Assembly (NCBI GenBank): GCA_049322915.1
Contig: JBMOPW010000034.1
Span: forward strand, 488,567 to 552,566
DNA length: 64,000 nucleotides
Origin: Candidatus Zhuqueibacterota bacterium
Lineage (GTDB): Bacteria; Zhuqueibacterota; Zhuqueibacteria; Thermofontimicrobiales; Thermofontimicrobiaceae
Direction: 5' to 3'
Shown here: in pieces, positions 22,377 through 33,045 of the stretch
How positions within the stretch are numbered: the stretch's first letter is position 1
How the letters are laid out: each line of letters opens with the position of its first letter
Notes under the pieces: model-generated
The model's input: the letters and a program-made list of their open reading frames with translations, nothing else
What the model was told of the DNA's origin: nothing
Databases searched by the model: none
Made by a program: the position numbers and the translations under genes

Positions 22377-22691
22377 TTAATTCACGATGATATCATCAAT
22401 TTTTATACGAGTCAAATGTGCGCGATCACCGCGCAGACGTTGATACTCTTTCTTGCGTTTCTTTTTAAAGACGATAACCTTTTTGCCTTTTTCGAAATTT
22501 AAAATCGTCGCTTTGACCTGTGCGCCAGGCACAACAGGATCGCCAATTTTGACTTCATTGTCCAAAGCGGCGAACAACACATGATCCAATTCAATTGTTT
22601 TTCCGACTTCGCCTTCCATATTCGGGGCCAGAATCACATCATTTTTGGATACTTTAAATTGAATCCCACTTATCTCCACGATAGCGTACAT
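22377..22691 (-). CDS. rplU: 50S ribosomal protein L21
   Basis: MYAIVEISGIQFKV...KVIVFKKKRKK; adjacent to rpmA. Confidence 0.97.
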   Translation of the reverse strand: MYAIVEISGIQFKVSKNDVILAPNMEGEVGKTIELDHVLFAALDNEVKIGDPVVPGAQVKATILNFEKGKKVIVFKKKRKKEYQRLRGDRAHLTRIKIDDIIVN

Positions 22692-22923
22692 GAAATAGTC
22701 CTCCAGACAAGCTTACACAGACAATTTTAATTAGGCCATCATCATGCGAATCGGTTCCGGCTGACACAGTTCGGATCTCATTCTCGCGCAATCTCCGACC
22801 GGCAGATTGCGCTCGAACATTATCCTGAGCAGCCGTCATTTCTGACTCCGGCGCCTTAATAATTTTTCAATAACTACTTTTCAAACATTACAGACCATTT
22901 TTTCGCTGGAAAAAACAGGGCTA

Positions 22924-22952
22924 AATATACTAATTTTTAGTATATTTGTCAA
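22924..22952 (-). promoter_or_regulatory. Sigma70-type promoter for rplU-rpmA overlapped by a perfect palindrome
   Basis: TTGACA-N17-TATATT on the minus strand; 11-bp inverted repeat AAATATACTAA-ttt-TTAGTATATTT at 22923-22947. Confidence 0.65.
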
Positions 22953-24466
22953 GAGTTAAATTGGTCAGTAATATTGCTATTCGATTTTTTTGAATAAAAC
23001 TGAATCTCATCGACTTCCAGATTTTCGTCAGGCTGCAAGTCAATTTTAATTTTCTGCTTCCACATGATTCGCCGAATCGGGCTGCGAATTCCCTGAGTCA
23101 AATAGGATTTGGTCTCAGGATGGACAACCAGCCGCAAGCTCCGTTCGCGTGACGCCGCTCTGAATCGTTTCACCCATCGCTCAATTTTCGTGAGAATGGT
23201 GCTTTTGGATGGCACGCGTCCCAGGCCTTTGCAGGTAGGACATGTCTCGCTGAACGTGAACAGCAGGCTTGGCCGGATCCGCTCCCGCGTCATTTCGATG
23301 AGCCCGAATTCGCTGATCGGTGTGATATTGGACTGGGCGCGATCTTTCAGCAGCTCCTTTTTGAACGCATCGTGCAGCGCCCGTTTGCTTCGTTCTTCAC
23401 GCATGTCGATGAAGTCGATCACGATAATTCCGCCCATATCCCGCAGCCGCAGTTGCCGGGCGATCTCTTTGGCCGCTTCGAGATTGATCCGCAGTGAATT
23501 CTGTTCGTGATCCCTTCGCCCGATGAATTTACCGCTGTTCACGTCGATGGCCGCCAGCGCTTCTGTCTGATCGAAAATGATGGTGCCGCCGCTTTTCAGC
23601 CACACCTTACGCGAAAGGCCCTTTTCGATCTCGGTTTCGACATTGAAGTAATCGAAAATCGGGGTATTGCCGCTGTAATATTCCACGGCATCGACCAGAC
23701 CACGGGCCACATCCTTCAGGTAGGTGACCACTTCCCGATACAGCTTTCGGGAATCCACGACCAATTTTTCGACGTCCTTGGTGAATAAATCCCGAATCAC
23801 ACTGGAGGTCATGCCCATATCTTTGTACACAAGCATGGGCGGCTTGGCTTTTTGCAGCTTCTTCTCCAATTTGCGCCAGACAGCCACCAGCGACATAATA
23901 TCCGCTTTTAAAACCTCTTCGCTCCGGCCCTCGGCAACGGTACGAACGATGACGCCAAATCCTTCAGGGCGAACGCTGCGCGTGAATTTTCGCAACCTGC
24001 GCCGCTCCCGTTCACCGTCGATTTTCTTGGAAACCCCAACCATGGATGAGTTGGGAACCAACACACAAAAACGCCCCGGGATCGAAATCTGGGTCGTCAA
24101 ACGCGAGCCTTTGGTATTGATCGGCTCTTTGATGATTTGCACTAAAATTTCCTGTCCAACCTGAATGCGGTTGGGTGGAATCGCCTCTTCAATCGGCGCT
24201 TCAGGATCTTTATCGATCAATGCGCTAACCGTGTAAAACGACTCCCCGATGTCAGAGAAATGTAAAAAAGCATCCTGTTTATGGCCGATATTCACAAACG
24301 CGGCCTGCATGCCTTTTACAACGTTGACAACCTTGCCGAGATAAATATCGCCCACCATTCGTTCGCTCTCTGGCTTCTCGACAAATAACTCGACAAGTTT
24401 CTTTTCTTCTAAAATTGCAATTCGGGTTTCGCTGATCGATGAATTGATAATAATTTCTTTTTTCAT
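22949..24466 (-). CDS. rng: Ribonuclease E/G family
   Basis: S1 domain (VGDIYLGKV), IDVNSG, RQLRLRDMGGIIVIDFIDM, CPTCKG. Confidence 0.92.
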   Translation of the reverse strand: MKKEIIINSSISETRIAILEEKKLVELFVEKPESERMVGDIYLGKVVNVVKGMQAAFVNIGHKQDAFLHFSDIGESFYTVSALIDKDPEAPIEEAIPPNRIQVGQEILVQIIKEPINTKGSRLTTQISIPGRFCVLVPNSSMVGVSKKIDGERERRRLRKFTRSVRPEGFGVIVRTVAEGRSEEVLKADIMSLVAVWRKLEKKLQKAKPPMLVYKDMGMTSSVIRDLFTKDVEKLVVDSRKLYREVVTYLKDVARGLVDAVEYYSGNTPIFDYFNVETEIEKGLSRKVWLKSGGTIIFDQTEALAAIDVNSGKFIGRRDHEQNSLRINLEAAKEIARQLRLRDMGGIIVIDFIDMREERSKRALHDAFKKELLKDRAQSNITPISEFGLIEMTRERIRPSLLFTFSETCPTCKGLGRVPSKSTILTKIERWVKRFRAASRERSLRLVVHPETKSYLTQGIRSPIRRIMWKQKIKIDLQPDENLEVDEIQFYSKKSNSNITDQFNS

Positions 24467-24505
24467 AAGTCCTATCTTAAAAATTTGTTGTGATAACAGG
24501 GTTAA

Positions 24506-27121
24506 TTATACGTTCAGAGGGGTTGCTTTCACTTCGCCGAATTGAATCAACAGATCCTGGCGATGGACCTTGCAGAGCGCAACTTCCTCTTCACGCAGTG
24601 ATAACATTGCCTCGAGAATTTCAGAAACACGAGCCGTCTTGCCCTCAATGAATGACAGCGACAGGCACAGTCGATTTTCCCCCTCATCGAAACAGATTTT
24701 TTCGATGAAGGGCCGAATGTCCACTGACTGATTATCGTTGCCGCGATCGCGCAGCACAACAATCTGCTCCTGTTTCAAAAAGTCGGCAATTTTTTGGTTA
24801 AGATAGGATTGGTCAAATTTTTTCCCTGGTATGATTTCGTATTCCGCCCGGTTAATGATGGATGCCAAAGAACGCGCTTTACCGAATAACTCCCTGCTGT
24901 CCAAAATTCGCAATCCATCTGGCAGGTTTAAATTTAAACTGGTCACTATGTCATAACTCTTGTCTCGAAAATATTGCACATCCATATACTCTGCACTGCT
25001 GGTATAGCCCATGCCCAGCGGCGGGCCGTAGGCAATTCGCGGATGAGGATGAAATCCCTGGGAATAGACAAGCTTTATTCCCGCGCGCCTGAAGGTGCGT
25101 TCAAAGATTCGGATCAAATCCAGATGCGACGTAAAGCGCATGGGATCCATTTTTTCGTACTTCAACCGCACCATGCGGGGCACTGGTTCCTCCACCTGCT
25201 TCACGCGCTTCCGCGTTCGGCCGTACAGGTCTTCGGAGAGGCCATCCGAATTCTCATCCGTTGCCAGAGTTTTCAGAGGCTTTCGTTGATGGAGAATATC
25301 CTGACACACCGGCTGCGACATCATTCCGCATGCATTGCACTCTGTTTGACGGCAATCAAACGTTGGCTGCCCTTCCATCGCCAATCGATGTTGGCGTTGG
25401 AGATATTGTTTCGTCACGCCTTTGGAGATGTGATCCCAGGGCATAACTTCATCCAGTCGCCGCTCCCGCGTATAATTCTCGGGATTGACGGCATTGTATT
25501 TGAACGCTTGTTGCCAGATTCCAAACTTGAATTTGTCGCTCCAGGCATCGAATTTTGCCCCCAGCTTCCACGCTGAAAAGATGACTTTGCACAGGCTTCT
25601 GTCGCCGCGCGCAATGACTGCTTCGATGAACGAGACCTCCGGTTCACGCCAATTGAATTTAATCCGCCCATTGGACAGCCTGTCTTTCAAATAAAAGATC
25701 TTGTCTTTTAACGTCGATACCGGGCTTTGCGCCACCCATTGAAATGGCGTATGGGGCTTGGGAGAAAACGGCGATATGGAGACGGTGATCGATTTGCCGC
25801 GATAGGCATGGCTCAACTTCAATACGCCGTGCAGCAGATTGATGATGCCGTCCAGATCCGTCTGTGTTTCGCCGGGCAGGTCGATCATGAAATACAACTT
25901 AACCTTTTCCCACCCTTCATCAAAAGCAATCTTCACCGCCCGAAGCAGATCCTCGTCACGATTGTTTTTATTGATCACGTTCCGCAACCGTTCGGTCCCG
26001 GCTTCCGGCGCCAGCGTCAGGCCTGATTTTTTCACCTTTTTGGCGTACTTCGCCATCTCCGCTGTGAACGATTCCGTCCGCAACGATGGAAAGGACACAT
26101 TGACCATCATCGGCTCCAGCACTCGAGAGAGGCGATTCATCAGAGCGACCAGATCGCTGTAATCAGACGTGGACAACGAGGCCAGTGAGATTTCATCGTA
26201 TCCGGTGTTCCGAATGACGGCCTGTACCTGCTCGACGATTTCGTTCACCGTCCTTTCTCTGACCGGGCGATAGATCATTCCAGCGTTGCAGAAGCGGCAA
26301 CCCTGGGTGCAACCGCGCATTATTTCCACAGAATAGCGATCGTGCGTGGCTTCAGTGAGGGATACCAGAGGTTTGTGAGGGTAATATTCGGGTTTCAGTC
26401 GCTCAATGGTTTGAGCGACAATTTCGTCAGGCGCCTCCTTTACGTTTTTTGAGAGAAATCCTGTTCCCGCTTTTCCGCTTCGCTGCAGGGTGTACAATTT
26501 GGGAACGTAAATTCCGGGCAATCGGGAGAGTTGATCCAGGAGGTCCTTTCTTGTCCCTCCTTTTTCTTTCCTTTCTTTGACAAGGTGCAGAATCTCCTTG
26601 ACAATCTCTTCCCCATCGCCAATGACAAAAGCATCCATAAAATCAGCCAATGGCTCAGGGTTAAACGCGCATGGGCCACCGGCAATTACCAGGGGTGTAT
26701 GATCATTTCGATCCCGTGAGTAAATTGGTATTCCACCAAGATCCAAAATATTGAGCACGTTGGTATAATGCAATTCATATTGCAACGTAAACCCAAGTAT
26801 ATCAAAAGATGATAAGGGCTGTTTTGTTTCAAGGGAAAAAAGGGGGAGTTGGGATGATCGGAGTCTTTCTTCCAAATCCTCGGCCGGCGCGTACACGCGC
26901 TCAGCCACAACGTTTTTCATCGAATTGAGGACATGATACAATATTTCAAAACCAACGTGGGACATGCCAATCTCATAGAGATCAGGAAAAATCAATGCAA
27001 ATGTCACTTCACATTTTGACCAATCCTTTTTAATTACGTTTAATTCATTTCCTGTGTATCTCCCCGGCTTGTTCACCAGCGGGAAAATGTGATCATACAG
27101 TTTTTGTTCAAGTTCTGTCAT
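24506..27121 (-). CDS. B12-binding radical SAM protein (TIGR03960-type) fused to a DUF2344/TIGR03936-like domain
   Basis: KPGRYTGNE, FPDLYEIGMSH, CxxxCxxC (RGCTQGCRFC); C-terminal RFTSHLD...YSQGFHPHP; usual position upstream of rng. Confidence 0.9.
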   Translation of the reverse strand: MTELEQKLYDHIFPLVNKPGRYTGNELNVIKKDWSKCEVTFALIFPDLYEIGMSHVGFEILYHVLNSMKNVVAERVYAPAEDLEERLRSSQLPLFSLETKQPLSSFDILGFTLQYELHYTNVLNILDLGGIPIYSRDRNDHTPLVIAGGPCAFNPEPLADFMDAFVIGDGEEIVKEILHLVKERKEKGGTRKDLLDQLSRLPGIYVPKLYTLQRSGKAGTGFLSKNVKEAPDEIVAQTIERLKPEYYPHKPLVSLTEATHDRYSVEIMRGCTQGCRFCNAGMIYRPVRERTVNEIVEQVQAVIRNTGYDEISLASLSTSDYSDLVALMNRLSRVLEPMMVNVSFPSLRTESFTAEMAKYAKKVKKSGLTLAPEAGTERLRNVINKNNRDEDLLRAVKIAFDEGWEKVKLYFMIDLPGETQTDLDGIINLLHGVLKLSHAYRGKSITVSISPFSPKPHTPFQWVAQSPVSTLKDKIFYLKDRLSNGRIKFNWREPEVSFIEAVIARGDRSLCKVIFSAWKLGAKFDAWSDKFKFGIWQQAFKYNAVNPENYTRERRLDEVMPWDHISKGVTKQYLQRQHRLAMEGQPTFDCRQTECNACGMMSQPVCQDILHQRKPLKTLATDENSDGLSEDLYGRTRKRVKQVEEPVPRMVRLKYEKMDPMRFTSHLDLIRIFERTFRRAGIKLVYSQGFHPHPRIAYGPPLGMGYTSSAEYMDVQYFRDKSYDIVTSLNLNLPDGLRILDSRELFGKARSLASIINRAEYEIIPGKKFDQSYLNQKIADFLKQEQIVVLRDRGNDNQSVDIRPFIEKICFDEGENRLCLSLSFIEGKTARVSEILEAMLSLREEEVALCKVHRQDLLIQFGEVKATPLNV

Positions 27122-27497
27122 TAATTAATTATAGAAAATTCCAATACAAGCATTCGAGTTTATTAATTCCCGGCTAATGTCGCCTGGCGCACTTTGCCCC
27201 CCGACTACCGCTTCGGCGCATCAACGAGTTCTGATAATTTCACTTCAAAAAAAATCTGACTATTCAACGTGTTGGAAAATTAAAAGTTCCTGTTCGATAA
27301 AAAAAGCCTGGTTCCGCGCAATTTTCAGGTGTATTCACAGAGTAACGCGAGTTCAAACATTTGCCCGATTGCATCCTGTCACGCTGGCCATAATCGGACT
27401 CGGTTTCAAACGACAAATCGGGCAGTGCGATTTTCTGCCCGATTTTCAGATTACGATGCATCGACCAGGGATTCAATCTGTCATCGTCCAATCGGCA

Positions 27498-28931
27498 TCA
27501 GGCATAGTGTTCCCGAATGAAGCGGGCGCCTTCTTGGATGGCCTTGACATTGACATCGACCAAATTTTTCTTTTTCAGATTCGCCGTGATGCTGTGGGTC
27601 ATCGCTTTCAGATCGAAAACCTTGCTGTATTCCAGATAGGCGCCAAGACAGACCATATTGGCAACGCGCGTGTTTCCCAGATTGGAAGCCATTTCGGTCA
27701 GCGGAATGTACAGCACGCGCACATCCGTGCGGTTCACTTTTCTGTCAACAATCGAAGAATTGATAATGATCAATCCGTCTTTGGTAACACTATCTTCAAA
27801 CGCATCCAGCGACGGGCCGTTCATGGCGATGAGCACATTGGGATTGGTTGTCAGCGGCGAGCCAATTCGTTTGTTGGAAAGAATCACGCTGCAATTTGCT
27901 GTGCCTCCGCGCATCTCCGGGCCGTACGATGGTATCCAGCTCACCTGGAGATTTTCATCCATTGCCGAAGCCGCCAATATCACGCCGGCCGTGAGCACGC
28001 CCTGGCCGCCGAATCCGGCTATCTTCAGATTCTGCTCCGGGAATTTCGAGAGAAAATCCGAGTTGGCTTTCCTGACTTCTCCTTTATCGGACAGGTTCAA
28101 TACTTCAAGCACTTCTTTGTCAGAATATTCTTTGTGTACGACTTTCAGCGGTTCGGCCTGCTCCGAATTATCCTTGAATACCTGGACCGGGAAATACGGC
28201 ATCATTTTATCTTTGATCCACTTCTGGGATTCCACCGGTGTCACTTTCCAGCCGGTCGGGCAAGGCGACAGGACTTCCACGAACGAAAAGCCTTTGTTCT
28301 CAATCTGATTTTGAATCGCTTTCCGAATGGCCTTCCGCGTGCGGTTAATTGTCTTGTAGTCGATCATTGCCGTCCGTTCCACGTAGACCGGCGCTTCCAG
28401 GGTGCTGATGATTTCGCACATCCGAATGGGGAATCCCTCATTGGAAGCGGAGCGGCCATAGGGGCTGGTGCTGGTTCGCTGACCAATCAATGTCGTGGGA
28501 GCCATCTGTCCGCCGGTCATCCCGTAAATGGCATTGTTGACAAAAATGACTGTGATTTTCTCCCCTCGGTTCGCGGCGTTGATGATTTCAGCGCCGCCGA
28601 TTGCCGCCAAATCGCCATCGCCCTGATACGAGATAACGATGCTCTCCGGATTCCCCCGTTTGAGGCCGGTCGCTACCGCCGGCGCCCGACCATGCGCCGC
28701 CTGCACATTCCCGACATCGAAATAATAGTAGGCAAATACCGAGCAGCCGACCGGTGAGACAAGGATCGTACGGTCGCTGATACCAAAATCATCCAGCGCT
28801 TCGGCCAGAATTTTATGGATGTTCCCGTGTCCGCAGCCGGGACAATAGTGGGTCGTCTCCATATTCGTTTTACCCTTGCGCTCGAATTTATCATAAAAGG
28901 CTTTTGGCTTCTGCAATACGTTCGCCTTCAT
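27498..28931 (-). CDS. vorA: 2-oxoacid (2-oxoisovalerate-type):ferredoxin oxidoreductase, fused beta-gamma subunit
   Basis: YCPGCGHG, GDGD TPP motif, YGMTGGQ; C-terminal gamma domain AGFGGQG, SYGPEMRGG. Confidence 0.85.
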   Translation of the reverse strand: MKANVLQKPKAFYDKFERKGKTNMETTHYCPGCGHGNIHKILAEALDDFGISDRTILVSPVGCSVFAYYYFDVGNVQAAHGRAPAVATGLKRGNPESIVISYQGDGDLAAIGGAEIINAANRGEKITVIFVNNAIYGMTGGQMAPTTLIGQRTSTSPYGRSASNEGFPIRMCEIISTLEAPVYVERTAMIDYKTINRTRKAIRKAIQNQIENKGFSFVEVLSPCPTGWKVTPVESQKWIKDKMMPYFPVQVFKDNSEQAEPLKVVHKEYSDKEVLEVLNLSDKGEVRKANSDFLSKFPEQNLKIAGFGGQGVLTAGVILAASAMDENLQVSWIPSYGPEMRGGTANCSVILSNKRIGSPLTTNPNVLIAMNGPSLDAFEDSVTKDGLIIINSSIVDRKVNRTDVRVLYIPLTEMASNLGNTRVANMVCLGAYLEYSKVFDLKAMTHSITANLKKKNLVDVNVKAIQEGARFIREHYA

Positions 28932-28995
28932 AACAGCTCCTCTATTTCAAAATGGTTCGAATTGTTCAATTGATTTGATCATAAAATCAGCCCGA

Positions 28996-30045
28996 TTAAA
29001 TGTATTTTCTGGCTTGATCCGTCAGTTCTTCCACCGATGGAATGGCGCCGCCCATTCGCGAGTAAAAGACCACCTCGCTGGCGCCATTGAGGGCCAGGCG
29101 AACATCATCGATCATTTGCCCATTGCTCAATTCCACGACCAGGAATTTTTTGGCGAGCGTGCCCAGTTCTTTGATCTGCCTGGATGGGAATGGGAACAGC
29201 GTGATTGGCCGGAACAGGCCGACCTTTTTACCTTCGGCGCGAAGCGTTGACACCACATTTTGAAGCAGTCTGGAAACAATCCCGTATCCCACGAGGATCA
29301 ATTCAACATCATCGGTGAGCATGGTTTCGTAGCGAACTTCGTTGCGTTCCATGGTGTGATATTTTTCCTGCAGCATTTGATTATGCCGCTCCAGCAAGTC
29401 CGTGTTCATCAGAATGGAGGTAACGAGATTCTTCTTGCTGCTGGCGTCTCCGTACACGGCCCAATCGTGGCGCTGGATTTTTTTGCGCTTGTCCGGAAAT
29501 TCGACCGGCTCCATCATCTGCCCGATGTAGGCGTCGGTGAGCACAATGGCCGGGTTGCGGTATTTCTCCGCCAGGTCAAAGGCCAGCATGGTGAGATCGC
29601 ACATCTCCTGGGCTGAATTCGGCGCCAGGACAATCACGCGATAATTACCGTGACCGCCGCCTTTGACGATCTGGTTGTAATCGCTCTGCTCCGGCCAGAT
29701 ATTTCCAAGCCCCGGGCCGGCGCGCATCACGTCCACAATCACGCACGGCAGTTCTGAACCGGCGCAATACGATATTCCTTCCTGTTTTAAACTTAATCCC
29801 GGTCCGGAAGATGCGGTCATCGTCCTTCTCCCGGCGGATGATGCGCCGTACACCATGTTGATGGAAGCGACTTCGCTCTCCGCCTGTACGAACGTTCCTC
29901 CCATCATGGGGAAATAAAAGGCAGCCGCTTCCGCGATTTCACTGGCTGGCGTGATAGGATAGCCAAAGTAATGAGTGCACCCCGCAAGCAATGCGCCTTT
30001 CACGACAGCTTCATTGCCCTTGATCAGTTCCTTTTGCATGGTCAT
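28996..30045 (-). CDS. vorB: 2-oxoisovalerate:ferredoxin oxidoreductase alpha subunit
   Basis: [28 protein letters not shown]. Confidence 0.88.
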   Translation of the reverse strand: MTMQKELIKGNEAVVKGALLAGCTHYFGYPITPASEIAEAAAFYFPMMGGTFVQAESEVASINMVYGASSAGRRTMTASSGPGLSLKQEGISYCAGSELPCVIVDVMRAGPGLGNIWPEQSDYNQIVKGGGHGNYRVIVLAPNSAQEMCDLTMLAFDLAEKYRNPAIVLTDAYIGQMMEPVEFPDKRKKIQRHDWAVYGDASSKKNLVTSILMNTDLLERHNQMLQEKYHTMERNEVRYETMLTDDVELILVGYGIVSRLLQNVVSTLRAEGKKVGLFRPITLFPFPSRQIKELGTLAKKFLVVELSNGQMIDDVRLALNGASEVVFYSRMGGAIPSVEELTDQARKYI

Positions 30046-30293
30046 TCTCCCTTCGCTTTCTTGTACACTTTGATAGCGCCAGGTTCAGGGCAACAATAGA
30101 AGCAGATACCGCATCCAGTGCAGCCAGTCCCTTTGTACTTCGCATATTTATATCCAAGCTCATTAAAACTGTTTGAAAACTCAATCACATCCTGAGGACA
30201 ATGCTCAATGCAAAGGCCGCATCCTTTGCACAGATACGTAACAACCTCCATGCTGGGTAACTCGAACTCAACCTCTACGACAGAATCGCGCAT
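30042..30293 (-). CDS. vorC: 2x[4Fe-4S] ferredoxin (delta subunit)
   Basis: [12 protein letters not shown] and [24 protein letters not shown] before ATG 30293. Confidence 0.85.
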   Translation of the reverse strand: MRDSVVEVEFELPSMEVVTYLCKGCGLCIEHCPQDVIEFSNSFNELGYKYAKYKGTGCTGCGICFYCCPEPGAIKVYKKAKGE

Positions 30294-30394
30294 GAATTGC
30301 CTCCTTAATATCATTCAACTTTTTTGTATTTTTTTAAAATCTTCTTTGGCAATTTATTACTTTTTCATTATATGATAATTGATTTATAAGTTTT

Positions 30395-30423
30395 ATTATA
30401 ATGATTTTTTTTATATTTTGCAA
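30395..30423 (-). promoter_or_regulatory. Sigma70-type promoter of the vor operon
   Basis: TTGCAA-N17-TATAAT on the minus strand in an AT-rich region. Confidence 0.65.
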
Positions 30424-30894
30424 GGATTTTTTCCAGTATATCCGGGGCAGCATACGCATCTCCTGTCGCCTCGCCGCCCTATTTCATGGCACTGATGCAA
30501 TGGGGCTGTCAGGCAGGGCAATCAAACCCTGCCCGAATTGCACCGGCGCATCTTCGTCTGTTCCGTGAGAATTTATTGAACAAGCCATGAAATAATTTTC
30601 ATTTTCTCCTTGACTCATGAGATTTTTTTTCATAAGTTATCACGGCTTAAAAATTCGAATCGCGCCACGGCAACCCTGGCCCGGGACTACATTATAATCA
30701 GCCCCGATGCGAATATGCCGCAGTGCGCATGTTTCTCCACGCAATCTGTCCGGCAGGACAGGTTGACATTTGAAATCTTACTCGATTTTAGTTTCAGCAT
30801 GTTTTGACCCCAGTCCAGTTTTAGCATGATAGCAGCGAACATAAACAGGTAGCAGTTTCCCAAATTCATTATTCACGTTAACTGTGGAGCGGAT

Positions 30895-32217
30895 ATGGTT
30901 AAACGTATCTTCGCCCTGATTTTATTCTGCTTAATCCTGGTATTGCCCTCTGTCTTTTTCTCTCAAACTTCACAAATCCACCATACCCGACGTCAGCAAA
31001 TTCTTCACACCATGCCTCAGAACAGCGTCATGATCCTGCAAACCCCGACCCGCGGGCATCGTTTTGGCTATGGATTTCAGCAGGACAGCGATCTCTATTA
31101 CCTGACAGGGCTGAACACCAGCGGCATCATTTTGATCCTGTCCAAAAATGGGATCAGCATCCCTGAAAAACAGGCGCCCATTCACGAAATACTGGTCACC
31201 GAGCCGGTCGGGCTGTCGCTGGCCATGCGCGCGGATTATTATCGCGCGACCGAGGACAGTCTCCGATACGATCTGGTGTGCGGCCGGAAGGATCTCCGCA
31301 AAATTTTAGACCAGACGCACCCGCTGGAAACGCTTTACACCGAAGTAATTTCGACAAATCAAAAAGAGGGCGCATCGATTCTGGAGAAACGGCTCATTGA
31401 ACTGGCGGACAAATCGCCGAATTTGGCCATCCTCTCCCCGTCCGCGCTGACAGCGCCGCTGCGACGCGTGAAGGATGAACTGGAGCTTTCTGCCATGCAG
31501 CGAGCGATCGACATCACCCTCGACGCCCAGAGAGAAGCGTTCAAATCCATGGCGCCGGGGCTGTACGAATACCAGATCGAAGCGGTGATTGAATACATTT
31601 TCAAGTTCAACGGTTCGCACCAGCTTGCCTTTGACACCATCATCGGCGCCGGCCCCAACAGCCTGGATCTCCATTACAGCGATGGGCTGCGGAAAATGCA
31701 ATCCGGCGACATGGTCGTCATGGACATCGGTTGCGAGTACCAGCACTACTGCGCGGACATCACCCGCACCATTCCGACCAACGGTATTTTCACGCCGGAG
31801 CAAAAAGAGATTTACACTATTGTGCTGGAGTGCCAGCAGGCGGTCATCGCCATGCTGAAACCGGGGGTGACGCTGGCGCAGATGGATTCCACGGTAATAG
31901 CTGTGGCGACGAAACACGGTTTTGAAAAATATATCCGCCACGGCTGCACCCACTACCTCGGATTGGATGTTCACGACGTGGGCGATACTCGCCAGCCGCT
32001 GGAACCGGGCTGCGTGGTCACAGTGGAGCCGGGATTGTACATTCCGCCCAAATCCGATTTGCCGGAAGCCTATTGGAACATCGGCGTGCGGATCGAAGAC
32101 GACGTGCTGATTACCGCTGACGGCAGCCGCGTGCTTTCCGGCGCGCTGATGAAGAACATCGAGGACATTGAAAAATTCATGAAACAGGATGGGCTGGCGC
32201 AACGCTTGTCGAAATGA
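30895..32217 (+). CDS. Aminopeptidase P family (M24B) protein with signal peptide
   Basis: AMP_N-like FQQDSDLYYLTG; DIG...ADITRT, HYLGLDVHD, TVEPGLY, GVRIEDD. Confidence 0.9.
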   Translation: MVKRIFALILFCLILVLPSVFFSQTSQIHHTRRQQILHTMPQNSVMILQTPTRGHRFGYGFQQDSDLYYLTGLNTSGIILILSKNGISIPEKQAPIHEILVTEPVGLSLAMRADYYRATEDSLRYDLVCGRKDLRKILDQTHPLETLYTEVISTNQKEGASILEKRLIELADKSPNLAILSPSALTAPLRRVKDELELSAMQRAIDITLDAQREAFKSMAPGLYEYQIEAVIEYIFKFNGSHQLAFDTIIGAGPNSLDLHYSDGLRKMQSGDMVVMDIGCEYQHYCADITRTIPTNGIFTPEQKEIYTIVLECQQAVIAMLKPGVTLAQMDSTVIAVATKHGFEKYIRHGCTHYLGLDVHDVGDTRQPLEPGCVVTVEPGLYIPPKSDLPEAYWNIGVRIEDDVLITADGSRVLSGALMKNIEDIEKFMKQDGLAQRLSK

Positions 32218-32478
32218 CGGATTGACAATTCATAATTGGTCGTTGACAATTCACAATTTATTTCATTCACCAATTGTCGACGTACCAGATCGCCTTTTTC
32301 CGTCCCATACATGAAATGACAGTGGTTCCTATTCTGCTGATTGATGTTGCATATTTAATTATCGGGCTGGCATTGATTTTGATAGCTGGCTTCTATGTTA
32401 ATAAAAATAGTGGATAGTATTTTCAGGAAAAGTGAAAATGACTAAGGACACATTATCTCAGCTAAGGGGAAATTGACA

Positions 32479-33045
32479 ATGCAAGAACTATCACCTACGA
32501 TAAGGCTCGATAGTATACAAACAAGAATAAGTGTATCAAAAGGTAAAGCTAAGCAATTGATGGAAACATGTGTTTGGTGCTTACTTTATTGTGATCATTC
32601 GAATGGAGTAAGATTAAATGTTGAAGATGATGGGACATCGCTTGAATACAGTGTAGTTTGGCCCACTGAGAATCTTGATATAGAAGCTATAATTCGTAGT
32701 TACAATAAAAGTGATGCGATAGAAGATGGAGCTGAAGCCATCGCATTGTTAGTTTCTATTGAGCGTACAGAATATAATTGCGTCGAAAGAGCAATAACAT
32801 CGACAGGCATAGATTACTGGTTAGGATTTAAGGAGCGTAATCCGAATTATCCATTTCATCGTGCAAGTCGATTAGAAATCTCAGGAATTATGAGTGAAAA
32901 CGAAAATAACACAGTAAGGAGTAGAATTCGTCAGAAGTTAAATCAAACGAAGCTTTCTGATTATACAAGTTTTCCAGTATATGTTATAATCGTTGAATTT
33001 AGTAAACCTTATGCAATCATGGTGGTAAAAAATGTCAACAGTTGA
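32479..33045 (+). CDS. Hypothetical protein, possible PD-(D/E)XK-like fold
   Basis: AT-rich; acidic helix DAIEDGAEAIA followed by TGIDYWLG...RLEISG; AAGGGG RBS. Confidence 0.7.
   Translation: MQELSPTIRLDSIQTRISVSKGKAKQLMETCVWCLLYCDHSNGVRLNVEDDGTSLEYSVVWPTENLDIEAIIRSYNKSDAIEDGAEAIALLVSIERTEYNCVERAITSTGIDYWLGFKERNPNYPFHRASRLEISGIMSENENNTVRSRIRQKLNQTKLSDYTSFPVYVIIVEFSKPYAIMVVKNVNS

Noticed and set aside
27177..28757. Long antisense ORFs (also 9169-10122, 45244-46296, 52347-53498, 54891-56357, 58754-59869)
   Set aside because: Shadow frames opposite well-supported genes; no protein motifs.
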